From: an uncultured Actinomycetes bacterium
GTDB taxonomy: Bacteria > Actinomycetota > UBA4738 > HRBIN12
Assembly: GCA_963704725.1 (NCBI GenBank)
Contig: OY969934.1
Span: 1,568,001-1,632,000, forward strand
Reading direction: 5' to 3'
Length of the DNA stretch: 64,000 nt
Part shown: positions 9,385-19,382 of the stretch, one piece after another
Numbering within the stretch: position 1 is the stretch's first letter
How the letters are laid out: every line of letters begins with the position of its first letter
The notes under the pieces: generated by a model
Database searches by the model: none
What the model saw: the letters and a program-made list of their open reading frames with translations, nothing else
What the model was told of the DNA's origin: nothing
Translations under genes and position numbers: made by a program

Positions 9385-10332
9385 ATGGACGAGACGGCGG
9401 ATCCGGGGTTCTACCGGGGGCTGCTGGAGGATCTCCACGACGGCGTCTACTTCGTCGATCGCGACCGGCGGATCACCTTCTGGAACCGAGGCGCCGAGCG
9501 CATCTCCGGATTCCCCGCCGCCGAGGCTCTCGGCCGGCGGTGCCAGGAGAACCTCCTGGTGCATACGGACGAGCTCGGTGCCAATCTGTGCGAGGAGGGC
9601 TGCCCGCTGCTCGCCACCATGGCGGACGGCATGCCGCGCGAAGCGGAGGTCTTCCTGAGGCATCGGAACGGGCATCGGGTGCCGATCCTGGTCAAGGCCA
9701 CGCCCATCCGCCGCGACGGGACCATCGTCGGAGCGGTCGAGACCTTCGACGACAACTCGGAGCGGATGGCCGCGCTGGATCAGATCCGGAGCCTCGAGCG
9801 ACTCGCGTTCGTCGACCCGCTCACCGAGATCCCGAACCGCCGCCTCACCGAGGCGACGCTCCGCAGGCGGTTCGACGAGCTCGAGCGGTACGCGTGGCCG
9901 TTCGGCGTCGTGATGCTGGACATCGACCGCTTCAAGCAGGTCAACGACGACCTCGGCCACGATGCGGGCGACGCGGTCCTGCGCATGGTCGCGCGTACGC
10001 TCGCCGCCGCCTCCCGATCCTTCGATCTCGTCGGGCGGTGGGGAGGTGACGAGTTCCTGGCCCTGGCGACCAACGTCGACGCCGACGGCCTGCGACGGAT
10101 CGCCGAGCGATACCACATCCTCGTTGCCCGTTCCGAGCTCTTGCTCGAGGACCGGCCGGTGCGGGTGACCGTCACGTCCGGCGCCACGGTCGCCAGGACC
10201 GACGACACGCTCGAATCGCTGCTCCGGCGGGCCGACGAGCTCATGTACCTCGGCAAGGCGCAGGGACGCGATCGGGTCGTCGACGATCGCGCGACCCCGA
10301 GCGCCCTCGCGCGTAGAGAGGGGTCTTCCTAG
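9385..10332 (+). CDS. PAS-GGDEF diguanylate cyclase
   Basis: PAS (ITFWNRGAERISG), DPLTEIPNRR, DIDRFKQVND, RSFD I-site, RWGGDEF. Confidence 0.93.
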   Translation: MDETADPGFYRGLLEDLHDGVYFVDRDRRITFWNRGAERISGFPAAEALGRRCQENLLVHTDELGANLCEEGCPLLATMADGMPREAEVFLRHRNGHRVPILVKATPIRRDGTIVGAVETFDDNSERMAALDQIRSLERLAFVDPLTEIPNRRLTEATLRRRFDELERYAWPFGVVMLDIDRFKQVNDDLGHDAGDAVLRMVARTLAAASRSFDLVGRWGGDEFLALATNVDADGLRRIAERYHILVARSELLLEDRPVRVTVTSGATVARTDDTLESLLRRADELMYLGKAQGRDRVVDDRATPSALARREGSS

Positions 10333-10405
10333 ACCCCGTGCGTGGTCCGGCCCGGTCGCCGGACGCGAGAGTGAGCTCGATCGGGAGTGGTGCCGGGTCT
10401 TCACC

Positions 10406-10431
10406 GTGACCAGATCCCGTCGGTGAGCGTC
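10406..10431 (+). promoter_or_regulatory. Candidate ECF-type autoregulatory promoter
   Basis: GTGACC-N16-CGTC upstream of the ECF sigma gene. Confidence 0.35.
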
Positions 10432-10449
10432 TCTATCTGTGGTGAGATC

Positions 10450-10965
10450 GTGACCATCTCCGAATCCGCGTTCGACGACCGAACGGCCGGCCGGTCGTTC
10501 GGCGCGCTCTACGAGCGCCATGCCGAAGACGCCGTGGGCCTGGCGTATCTGCTCACCGGGGACCGCGCGGTGGCCGAGGACCTGATGCAGGACGCGTTCG
10601 TCCGGGTGGCCCGGCGATTCGTGCATCTGCGCGATCCGGACGCGTTCTGGAGCTACCTGCGCCGGTCCGTCGTCAACCTGGCGAACTCGTACTTCCGGCG
10701 CCGCGCCGTGGAGCGGCGGCATCTGGCCGGTCAGGTCCGGCCGGAGGCCGAAGGCCCGCCCGACCCGGGCGATCGCGTGGCCATCCGAACGGCGATCCTC
10801 CGGCTCCCCATGCGCCAGCGCACCGCCCTGGTGCTCCGGTACTACGAGGACCTTCCGGAGCGGGAGATCGCCGCGCTCATGGGCTGCCGGATCGGCGCCG
10901 TCAAGCAGTTGGTGTACCGGGCGATGGAGACGCTCCGGGGTGAGCTGAGAGAGGAGGAGCCGTGA
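10450..10965 (+). CDS. ECF sigma factor, SigE family
   Basis: AYLLTGDRAVAEDLMQDAF (region 2), LPMRQRTALVLRYYEDL (region 4); start uncertain. Confidence 0.92.
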   Translation: MTISESAFDDRTAGRSFGALYERHAEDAVGLAYLLTGDRAVAEDLMQDAFVRVARRFVHLRDPDAFWSYLRRSVVNLANSYFRRRAVERRHLAGQVRPEAEGPPDPGDRVAIRTAILRLPMRQRTALVLRYYEDLPEREIAALMGCRIGAVKQLVYRAMETLRGELREEEP

Positions 10966-11732
10966 CGGGAACCACGTCGTTCGATGAACGGATCCGGGCG
11001 GAGCTCGACCGCATGCGGACCGAGGTTCGGGCCGAGCGCCCCGCCCCGGCCGCCCTGCTCGCACGGGCTCGGCGGGCGATGGCCGTCACCCTCGCGAGCG
11101 CGGTGCTCGTCACGTCGGCCGTCGTCGGCGGATCGATCGTCGCCTGGCGCTCGCTCACCCCGGGGGGCTCAGAACGAGTCGGCATCCCGGCGGACGAAGG
11201 ACCGGCCACCCCTTCGCCATCGATCCCTTCGGGATCGGCTGAGGAGCTCCGCGCGCGGCCTCTGGCGCTCCCGGTCGTCCCCGCGGGCGCCGCCTGTCCC
11301 ACGACCCCGACCGTGCGGATCGAACCGGGGCCGCGGACGGGCTTCACCGGCCCCGCCTCGGTGCAGCAGGCCGGCGACGTCTACCTCGCGATGAGCGGCC
11401 ACACCGTGGCGCTCAGGACGCAGGACCTGACTCCGGACGGGTGGTACTCGGTCAAGGACGTCTGGGTCGTGGCGGGTTCGTACTCCGGTCCGGTCCTCGT
11501 CCGCGGCGGTCGGATCGACGCCGAGGGCCCGCTGCAGCTCGCCTGGAACCCGACGACGGAGCAGGTGAGGTCTCTGGTGATCGACGAGGCGTCGCCGTCG
11601 CTGCAGCGGGACTTCGAGACCGGCTGGCGATCGGTTCCGATGGAGGCCTTCGTCCGCACCCCGGGCTGCTACGCGTACCAGGTCGACGGGGTGGGTTTCA
11701 CCGCGTTCATCGTGTTCGAGGCCTCCGTCTGA
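10962..11732 (+). CDS. Probable anti-sigma membrane protein
   Basis: GTGA overlap with sigma gene; short cytoplasmic N-terminus, one TM, extracellular domain with C...PGCYAYQVDG. Confidence 0.6.
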   Translation: MTGTTSFDERIRAELDRMRTEVRAERPAPAALLARARRAMAVTLASAVLVTSAVVGGSIVAWRSLTPGGSERVGIPADEGPATPSPSIPSGSAEELRARPLALPVVPAGAACPTTPTVRIEPGPRTGFTGPASVQQAGDVYLAMSGHTVALRTQDLTPDGWYSVKDVWVVAGSYSGPVLVRGGRIDAEGPLQLAWNPTTEQVRSLVIDEASPSLQRDFETGWRSVPMEAFVRTPGCYAYQVDGVGFTAFIVFEASV

Positions 11733-11864
11733 GGAACCGCGGCGACGCGCTCGCATCGTGGGCGTCCGATCGGCCGCAACGACCACACCGGACGACGACC
11801 GGCCGTGGTCGCTTCGACGAGAGCCCGGATCGCGCTCACGGGCGCGCTCGGGGGAACCCGTGCC

Positions 11865-12068
11865 TCAGTGCAGTCCCACCAGGGCTCCGAAGACCCCGGC
11901 GCCTCCCCACACGGACAGGATCGCGATGACGGCGAACGCCAGGCGAGGGAACCACCTCACGCGTTCCACTGAGCGAGCCGTGATGCCGTACTCGTACGCC
12001 TGGGCCCATCCCATCGTGGTCGCGGTCCGCTCGAGGGCTTCGGGGGAGAGCGTCGTCGTGGCGTCCAT
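11865..12068 (-). CDS. Small membrane protein (67 aa)
   Basis: GAGGAG RBS, ATG, C-terminal TM helix. Confidence 0.6.
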   Translation of the reverse strand: MDATTTLSPEALERTATTMGWAQAYEYGITARSVERVRWFPRLAFAVIAILSVWGGAGVFGALVGLH

Positions 12069-12395
12069 GGTCTCGCTCCTCGTTCGTCGTCGTATGTGCC
12101 CTGTCGACGGGGTTCGGGCGGACCGAAGCCATCCCCACCGCGGAGGGGAGGAACCCGAAGGGAGTCTGCGGTCCGCTCGTGGTCGGCGTTGCGGGATCCT
12201 ACGTAGTGCTCGGCAGACCCCGTAATCAGGATCCGGTACGGCCTCCCCGGGATCCGGTATCTCGCGCTACCGGGTTCCTGCAGGTCGGCAAGGGTGCCGA
12301 CCGATGGTGGGATCTGGGCGGGACCACGCGGTGCGAGCCGGAGGACCTAGTGGGTTCCCCCCTGGGCGGCGGCTCGATGTCGGTAGGGTTCGCCC

Positions 12396-12878
12396 GTGGA
12401 TCGCGCGTCCCTCGAGGCCGTCGTGCTGTACCTCGACGGTGAGGGGATCCGGCACGTCTCCCCCCACGGGCGGCAGACCGTCCGTGCCGAGTGGGATCCG
12501 GACCTCGACCCGCACGAGGTCATCGTCGATGCCGTGGCGGAGCTCGGCCTGGCCCCGATCATGGTGCACTCCACCTCCTGGAGGGTGGCCCGGCAGCTGA
12601 TCCTGCTCACGTTCCTCGTGGTGGTCGAGCCGCCGTCGGACGCACCGGACTCCTACGAGGTGCGGCTCGTCACCCGCGCCGACCTGGCGCGCGGCCGGGC
12701 CACCGGCCCACCGCCCGAGGTCCACCTGTCCCAGGTCGTCGAGCATGGCCTTCGGCACCTGGCCTGGCTCGTGCGCGGGGACGAGGCGATCCACGACGCC
12801 CTCGCCGGCTGGTCTCGCGTCCTCGGCGAGTACGAGCCCGAGCCCTTCCGGGCGTTCGGTCGCGAGCCCGGGGCCTAG
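12396..12878 (+). CDS. Hypothetical protein
   Basis: Host-like codon usage; TAGGGT -10 box 6 nt before GTG. Confidence 0.7.
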   Translation: MDRASLEAVVLYLDGEGIRHVSPHGRQTVRAEWDPDLDPHEVIVDAVAELGLAPIMVHSTSWRVARQLILLTFLVVVEPPSDAPDSYEVRLVTRADLARGRATGPPPEVHLSQVVEHGLRHLAWLVRGDEAIHDALAGWSRVLGEYEPEPFRAFGREPGA

Positions 12879-13051
12879 ATGCTGGGCTGTCGGACACCGT
12901 CCGGGGGTCAGGGCTGGACCGGCCGAGGGCTCTCGCCTCCGGGTTCGCGTACGATCCCGCTTCCGTCGCCGCGCGGACCAGGCGGGGTGCGGCTCGGCCC
13001 GACATGCCGTCGGTGGCCGGCGGGTGGCATGGGAGATCGGGGGAGGCGCAG

Positions 13052-13852
13052 GTGCCGGAGGATCTCGAGCGGCGGATCGACGATCTCTACGAATCGACGC
13101 CGGACCGGTTCACGAAGGAGCGGGACGACCTCGCCAAGCGCCTTCGGGCGGACGGGGATCGGGAGGGCGCGGATCGGGTCAAGGGGCTTCGAAAGCCGCT
13201 CGTCTCGGCGTGGGCCCTCAACGTCCTCGCCCGGGAGGAGCCGAAGACGATCGCCGAGCTCGAGGCGCTCGGGGTACGGCTCCGCGACGCCCAGCGGCGA
13301 GCGCTCTCCGGCGACGACGCCGGGGCGCTCCGGGACGCGCTCGACGAGCGGCGGGTGCTCGTGTCCCGGCTGTCGGCCCGGACCCGCGAGATCCTCGAGC
13401 GCCACGGCGTCGGCGGGCCGTCGCAGGACGAGGACGTGACGTCGACGCTCGAGGCCGCCGCGGTCGACGAAGCTGCCGCCGCGGCGCTGCTCGCGGGCCG
13501 GCTCACCCGACCGATGCGCCCGCCGGCCGCCTTCGGCGACGCCCCCGCCCTGACGGTCCTGCCGGGCGGGCGGCGCGGGGGGTCCTCGTCCCCCGGGGCC
13601 GAGGCCCCGCCCGACGACGGCGAGCGGGCCCGGCGGATCCGTGATCTCCGCCGCGAGCTCGGGGCCGCCGAGGCCCGGCAGCGCAGGACGACCGAGGCGG
13701 TGGCACGGGCCCGCGCTCGCCTGGAGGAGGCGGATCGACGGCGGGCCGACGCGAAGGAGCGTCTGCGCGAGGCCGAGGCCGAGCAGCGAGGCGCCGTCCT
13801 GGAGGCCAAGCGCCTGGGTGTCGCGTTGTCCAAGCTCGAGCCGAGGACCTGA
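13052..13852 (+). CDS. Hypothetical coiled-coil protein
   Basis: GGGAGG RBS; DLYESTPDRFTKERD...LRKPLVSAWALN N-terminus; C-terminal coiled coil. Confidence 0.75.
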   Translation: MPEDLERRIDDLYESTPDRFTKERDDLAKRLRADGDREGADRVKGLRKPLVSAWALNVLAREEPKTIAELEALGVRLRDAQRRALSGDDAGALRDALDERRVLVSRLSARTREILERHGVGGPSQDEDVTSTLEAAAVDEAAAAALLAGRLTRPMRPPAAFGDAPALTVLPGGRRGGSSSPGAEAPPDDGERARRIRDLRRELGAAEARQRRTTEAVARARARLEEADRRRADAKERLREAEAEQRGAVLEAKRLGVALSKLEPRT

Positions 13853-13916
13853 GGTCCGTCGCGGGGTATCCGGAGGTCACCGGCCCGCCGGTCGACGTTC
13901 GCTACCATGGCCGCCG

Positions 13917-16364
13917 ATGCGCAGGTACGAGCCGAACGAGTTCGAGCCGAGGTGGGTCGATCGCTGGGAGCGCGAGGGCCTGTACCGGGCCTCCGACGAC
14001 CCGGCGGATGATCGCCCCCGCTTCTACGCGCTCGACATGTTCCCGTACCCCTCGGGGGACCTGCACATGGGGCACGCCGAGGCCTTCAGCGGCGGCGACA
14101 CCATCGCCCGGTTCAAGTCGATGCGGGGCTTCAACGTGCTGCACCCGATCGGCTGGGACGCGTTCGGCCTGAACGCCGAGAACGCCGCGATCAAGCGCGG
14201 AACGCCGCCCTCGGAGTGGACCTACGCCAACATCGAGCAGCAGGCGGCGAGCTTCAAACGGTTCGGGATGTCGTTCGACTGGACCCGCCGCCTCCAGACG
14301 TGCGATCCCGAGTACTACCGCTGGACCCAGTGGCTGTTCCTGCGGCTGTTCGAGCGCGGGCTGGCCCACCGGAAGCAGGCACCGGTCAACTGGTGCCCCA
14401 AGGACGCCACGGTCCTGGCGAACGAGCAGGTGATCGCCGGTGCGTGCGAACGCTGCGGGACGCCGGTGGAGCGCCGCGACCTGACGCAGTGGTTCCTCAA
14501 GATCACCGACTACGCGCAGCGGCTGCTGGACGACGTCGACCTGCTGACCGACTGGCCGGACCGGGTCATCACGATGCAGCGGAACTGGATCGGGCGTTCC
14601 GAGGGCGCCCAGGTCACGTTCGCGATCGAGGAGACCGGCGACGAGGTCGAGATCTTCACGACCCGCCCTGACACGCTATGGGGCGTGACGTTCTTCGTGT
14701 TCGCCGTCGAGCACCCCCTGGTGGCCAAGCTGGCCGAGGTCGGCGGGACGCAGGACGCGGTTCGCCCGTTGCTGGACAAGGTCCGGGGCACCGCGCTCAC
14801 GGTCCGGGACGAGGCGGACACGACCGAGGGCGTCGCCCTCGGCGTGCACGCCGTCAACCCGGTGAACGGCGAGCGCGTGCCGTGCTTCGTCGCGCCGTAC
14901 GTCCTGATGGAGTACGGGACCGGCGCCATCATGGCCGTGCCCGCCCACGACGAGCGCGACTTCGCGTTCGCGCGGGCCCACGACCTGCCGGTCCGCGTGG
15001 TGATCGAGCCCGAGGGCGAGACGCGCGACGCCGAGACCATGACCGAGGCGTACGGCCACGACGGCGTCATGGTGCGCTCGGGGCCGTTCGACGGCGAGCG
15101 CTCGCCGGAGTCGATCGCCAAGGTCGCCGCGTGGCTCGAGGCCGAGGGCCGTGGGCGCGCGGCCGTCACGTTCCGGCTGCGCGACTGGCTGATCTCGCGG
15201 CAGCGGTACTGGGGCGCTCCGATCCCGATCGTGCACTGCGAGACGTGCGGCGAGGTGGCCGTGCCCGACGACCAGCTCCCGGTCCTGCTCCCCGAGGACG
15301 TGGACTTCCAGCCGGGGGGCGAGTCCCCGCTGGCCCGGCACCCGTCGTGGTCCAAGACGGTCTGCCCGCGCTGCGGCGGCGACGCCCGCCGCGACACGGA
15401 CACCATGGACACGTTCGTCGACTCGAGCTGGTACTTCTACCGGTACTGCTCGCCCGGGTACGAGAACGGTCCCTTCCGGACCGAGGACGTCGAGCGATGG
15501 ATGCCCGTCGGCCAGTACACGGGCGGGGTCGAGCACGCCATCCTGCATCTGCTGTACTCGCGGTTCCTGTGCAAGGTCCTGTTCGACCTCGAGATGGTCT
15601 CGTTCGTCGAGCCGTTCCCGAAGCTGATGAACCAGGGGCAGGTGATCTTCGGCGGCGCCTCGATGTCCAAGACCAAGGGCAACATCGTGGAGCCGATGCC
15701 GATCGTGCAGCGATGGGGCGCCGACACCATGCGCCTGATGATGCTGTTCGCGGGCCCGTTCGAGGACGACATCGACTGGAAGCTGATCGCGCCGGACCCG
15801 AACAAGCGTCCCGGCGTCACGTCCTGGCTGGGCCGGGTGTTCGCCGCCGTCGACGACGCCGCCGTCACCGACGCCGCCGAGCCCGAGTCGCTGGTCCGGG
15901 CGACCCACCGGACGATCAGGGGCGTCACCGACGACCTGGAGCGGTTCCGATTCAACACGGCGATCTCCAAGCTGATGGTGCTGACCAACGACATGCGGGC
16001 GGCGCTGGACGCGGGAGGCGGCGCCCGCGCCGCCGCCGAGGCGCTCGTGCCGATGCTGGCCCCGTTCGCGCCGTTCGCCGCCGAAGAGCTGTGGCGGGAG
16101 GTGCTTCGGCGGGGTTCGTCGGTCCACGTCGCGCCGTGGCCCGCCTACGACCCGGCCCTGGCCGCCGAGGACACCGTCACGCTGGTCGCCCAGGTGGACG
16201 GCAAGGTCCGCGACCGGATCGAGGTGGCCGCCGGCGCCTCCGAGGAGGTGTGCCGAGAGCTGGCCATGGCCTCGGAGCGGGTGCTGCGGGCGATCGACGG
16301 GCGGGAGGTCCGCCGGGTGATCGTCCGGGCTCCGCGCCTGGTGAACGTCGTCACGGCCGGCTGA
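13917..16364 (+). CDS. leuS: Leucine--tRNA ligase
   Basis: MFPYPSGDLHMGH, GTGAIMAVPAHDERD editing motif, WLISRQRYWG, SMSKTKGN. Confidence 0.98.
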   Translation: MRRYEPNEFEPRWVDRWEREGLYRASDDPADDRPRFYALDMFPYPSGDLHMGHAEAFSGGDTIARFKSMRGFNVLHPIGWDAFGLNAENAAIKRGTPPSEWTYANIEQQAASFKRFGMSFDWTRRLQTCDPEYYRWTQWLFLRLFERGLAHRKQAPVNWCPKDATVLANEQVIAGACERCGTPVERRDLTQWFLKITDYAQRLLDDVDLLTDWPDRVITMQRNWIGRSEGAQVTFAIEETGDEVEIFTTRPDTLWGVTFFVFAVEHPLVAKLAEVGGTQDAVRPLLDKVRGTALTVRDEADTTEGVALGVHAVNPVNGERVPCFVAPYVLMEYGTGAIMAVPAHDERDFAFARAHDLPVRVVIEPEGETRDAETMTEAYGHDGVMVRSGPFDGERSPESIAKVAAWLEAEGRGRAAVTFRLRDWLISRQRYWGAPIPIVHCETCGEVAVPDDQLPVLLPEDVDFQPGGESPLARHPSWSKTVCPRCGGDARRDTDTMDTFVDSSWYFYRYCSPGYENGPFRTEDVERWMPVGQYTGGVEHAILHLLYSRFLCKVLFDLEMVSFVEPFPKLMNQGQVIFGGASMSKTKGNIVEPMPIVQRWGADTMRLMMLFAGPFEDDIDWKLIAPDPNKRPGVTSWLGRVFAAVDDAAVTDAAEPESLVRATHRTIRGVTDDLERFRFNTAISKLMVLTNDMRAALDAGGGARAAAEALVPMLAPFAPFAAEELWREVLRRGSSVHVAPWPAYDPALAAEDTVTLVAQVDGKVRDRIEVAAGASEEVCRELAMASERVLRAIDGREVRRVIVRAPRLVNVVTAG

Positions 16365-16460
16365 CTGCTCGACCCTGCCCGGGCGGGTCGTTCGACTCCG
16401 GCCGCCGCCTCGGCTCCGATCCACGCTGGCGTGAGCAGGTCAGGGCAGGAGGAGCGGGCG

Positions 16461-17831
16461 ATGGAGGACTGGTTCGAGCCGTACAAGATCAAGGCCGTCG
16501 AGGCCATCCCGATCACGACTCGGGAGCAGCGGCTCGCGGCGCTCGACGAGGCCGGCTGGAATACGTTCCTGCTGCGTTCGGACCAGGTCACGATCGATCT
16601 GCTGACGGACTCGGGGACCAACGCCATGAGCGATCGGCAGTGGGCGGCGCTCATGCTCGGGGACGAGGCCTACGCGGGGAGCCGGAGCTTCTACCGATTC
16701 GAGGAGGCCGTGCGCCGGGTCTACGGCTACGAGCACGTGATCCCCACCCACCAGGGGCGGGGCGCCGAGCACATCGTCTCGGAGATGCTGATCCGCGAGG
16801 GCGACGAGGTGCCCGGCAACATGTACTTCACGACGACACGCCTGCACCAGGAGCTCGCCGGCGGACAGTTCGTCGACGTCGTGACCGAGCAGGCCCACGA
16901 TCCCGAGAGCCACCACCCGTTCAAGGGCGACGTCGACCTGGGCAAGCTCGAGAAGGTCATCGAGCGCGCGGAGAACGTCCCCTACCTGTCGATCGCCGGG
17001 ACCGTGAACATGGCCGGGGGCCAGCCGATCTCGCTGGCCAACCTGCGCCGGGTGCGGGAGATCGCGGACGAGCACGGCATCCCGGTCATCCTCGACGCCA
17101 CCAGGGCGGTGGAGAACGCCTGGTTCATCAAGGAGCGCGAGCCCGGCTTCGCCGATCGCACGGTCGCCGAGATCCTGCGTGAGATGTGCGACCTGACCGA
17201 CGGCTGCACGATGTCGGCGAAGAAGGACTCGCTCGTGAACATCGGCGGCTGGATCGGCCTTCGCGACCCGGAGCTGGCCGCCCAGGCCCGGAACCTGTGC
17301 GTCGTGTACGAGGGGCTCCACACGTACGGGGGCCTCGCGGGACGGGACCTCGAGGCGATCGCCGTCGGGATCGAGGAGTCGATCGACGAGCATCACGTCC
17401 GCGCCCGGATCCTCCAGGTTCGCGAGCTGGGGGAGGAGATCCGGGCCGCCGGCGTGCCCATCGTCGAGCCGATCGGCGGCCACGCCGTCTTCCTGGACGC
17501 CCGGCGCATCTACGACCACCTTCCGCAGGAGTCGTTCCCCGCCCAGCGACTCGCCGCCGAGATCTACCTGGACTCCGGCACCAGGACGATGGAGCGCGGG
17601 ATCGTCTCGGCCGGACGCGACCCCGAGACCGGCCAGCACCGGCACCCCGCGCTGGAGCTCGTCCGCATCACGATCCCCCGGCGGGTGTACACGACGAAGC
17701 ACCTGTCCGCCGTGGCCCGGTCCGTGGCCGCCGTCTACCTCCGGCGCCACCAGACGCCCGGGTTGGAGATGGTCTTCGAGCCGCGGTACCTGCGCTTCTT
17801 CCAGGCGCGCTTCCGTCCCCTGGACGGGTGA
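16461..17831 (+). CDS. tpl: Tyrosine phenol-lyase (beta-eliminating lyase)
   Basis: NTFLL, DLLTDSGTNAMSD, YFTTTR, MSAKKD (PLP Lys), LRFFQARF; Thr and Phe residues match TPL rather than tryptophanase. Confidence 0.85.
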   Translation: MEDWFEPYKIKAVEAIPITTREQRLAALDEAGWNTFLLRSDQVTIDLLTDSGTNAMSDRQWAALMLGDEAYAGSRSFYRFEEAVRRVYGYEHVIPTHQGRGAEHIVSEMLIREGDEVPGNMYFTTTRLHQELAGGQFVDVVTEQAHDPESHHPFKGDVDLGKLEKVIERAENVPYLSIAGTVNMAGGQPISLANLRRVREIADEHGIPVILDATRAVENAWFIKEREPGFADRTVAEILREMCDLTDGCTMSAKKDSLVNIGGWIGLRDPELAAQARNLCVVYEGLHTYGGLAGRDLEAIAVGIEESIDEHHVRARILQVRELGEEIRAAGVPIVEPIGGHAVFLDARRIYDHLPQESFPAQRLAAEIYLDSGTRTMERGIVSAGRDPETGQHRHPALELVRITIPRRVYTTKHLSAVARSVAAVYLRRHQTPGLEMVFEPRYLRFFQARFRPLDG

Positions 17832-17963
17832 GGTTCCACTTCGGAGCATCGCCTCGCCCTCCGCGATCCCCCGATCGGCCGCCGCTCAACCCAGGAGGCC
17901 GAGCGCCGATAACTAGGCGGGACCATCGGGGTATGGCCCGCTTTCCGTTGGGCGGGAGGGAAC

Positions 17964-19337
17964 GTGACGGCGATGGCACAAGCGGCGCTGCCGAAGGCGG
18001 CCGCGCTCGACGGTGGGCCGGGCAGCTCCGCGCTCCGCAGCGAGCGATCGATCGCCATCATCCGGATCGCCATCGTCGGCGTCGTGATGTGGATCTACTT
18101 CAGCTCCCTCGGCATCCGCCGCCCGCTCGGTCCCGAGGCGATCGTGATCCTCGGGCTGGCCGGGCTGTACGGGGTGGTCACGCTCCTGGCGCTCATCGGC
18201 GACCAGCTGCCGTCGATCCGGGCGCGGCTCGTCACCCTGGTCGTCGACATCCTCCTGATCACGATCTGGGTCCAATCGACGGGCGGCCCTCGGAGCGAGT
18301 TCTGGACGCTGTATCTGATCGTGGTCGTCTCGGCCGCCCTCCGGTTCCGATTGATCGAGACGCTCGCCGTGGCGCTCGGCGTCACCGTGCTGCACCTGTC
18401 GGTCACGTTCGCCCAGGACGGCGGGCTCTCGAGCGCCCAGCTCATCTACCGGCCGGCGCTGATGATCGCGACCGGGTTCGCGGTGGGGGTCCTCGCCTAC
18501 CAGCGCGCCGTCCATCGGCGTGAGCGGAACGTGCTCGAGGCCTTGGCCCAGAGCCGGGGGCAGGAGCTCGGGCAGGAGCGCGCGGAGGTCGAGCGCCTTC
18601 GCCGGGTGGACCTCAAGCGCTCCGAGTTCGTGGCGGTTGCGGCGCACGAGTTCCGAACGCCGCTCGCGGCGGTGATCGGCGTCCTCAGCACGCTGAAGAC
18701 GCACGCGAACGCCCTCGAGGAGGACGTGAGGAACGAGCTGATCGAGGGGGCGCAGGCCCAGGCCGAGCGGCTGGCCCGCCTCGTCGACGACCTCCTCACC
18801 GCGTCGCGGATCGAGGACGGCGTCCTCCGGCTCCACCCGGAGCGGGTGAAGCCCCGGGTGCTGCTCGCGGACGCCGAGCGGGCCTCCGGCACCATGGACC
18901 GGGTCCAGGTGGAGCTGCACCGTGTGGATCCCGTCGTGTGCGACGCGGACGCCATCGTCCGCGTGCTGACGAACCTGCTGGACAACGCGAAGAAGTACTC
19001 GCCCGAGGACGCCCCGATCGTCATCTCGGTCTCGCAGGATGCCGACGCGGTGCGCTTCGCCGTCCGCGACGCGGGTCCCGGCGTGAGCGAGGAGGATCGG
19101 GAGACCGTCTTCGAGCGGTTCCGGCGCCTCGGCGGGAACGGGAAGCCGGGAGCCGGGCTCGGCCTGTACATCACCCGCGGGCTCGTCGAGGCGCACGGCG
19201 GCGTGGTCACGGTGGGCGATGCCCCCGAGGGCGGCGCCGAGTTCGCCTTCACGCTGCCCAGGTGGGTCGACTCGAGCGCCTCCGTCCCGCGACAGGGTGT
19301 GACCGCGATCACGGCGGCCGCCTCCCGGGGTCTGTAG
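17964..19337 (+). CDS. Membrane sensor histidine kinase
   Basis: Multiple TM helices, AHEFRTPL H-box, NLLDNAKKY, DAGPG, GAGLGL. Confidence 0.93.
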   Translation: MTAMAQAALPKAAALDGGPGSSALRSERSIAIIRIAIVGVVMWIYFSSLGIRRPLGPEAIVILGLAGLYGVVTLLALIGDQLPSIRARLVTLVVDILLITIWVQSTGGPRSEFWTLYLIVVVSAALRFRLIETLAVALGVTVLHLSVTFAQDGGLSSAQLIYRPALMIATGFAVGVLAYQRAVHRRERNVLEALAQSRGQELGQERAEVERLRRVDLKRSEFVAVAAHEFRTPLAAVIGVLSTLKTHANALEEDVRNELIEGAQAQAERLARLVDDLLTASRIEDGVLRLHPERVKPRVLLADAERASGTMDRVQVELHRVDPVVCDADAIVRVLTNLLDNAKKYSPEDAPIVISVSQDADAVRFAVRDAGPGVSEEDRETVFERFRRLGGNGKPGAGLGLYITRGLVEAHGGVVTVGDAPEGGAEFAFTLPRWVDSSASVPRQGVTAITAAASRGL

Positions 19338-19382
19338 CCTCCGACCCCGGTCCGCTCGTCCCCCCTCGCATCGGAGGCGCGT

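Noticed and set aside
13853-13916. T-box leader before leuS (also checked before glyQS)
   Set aside because: Intergenic spaces too short and no T-box consensus
16461-17831. Tryptophanase (tnaA)
   Set aside because: Specificity residues match tyrosine phenol-lyase
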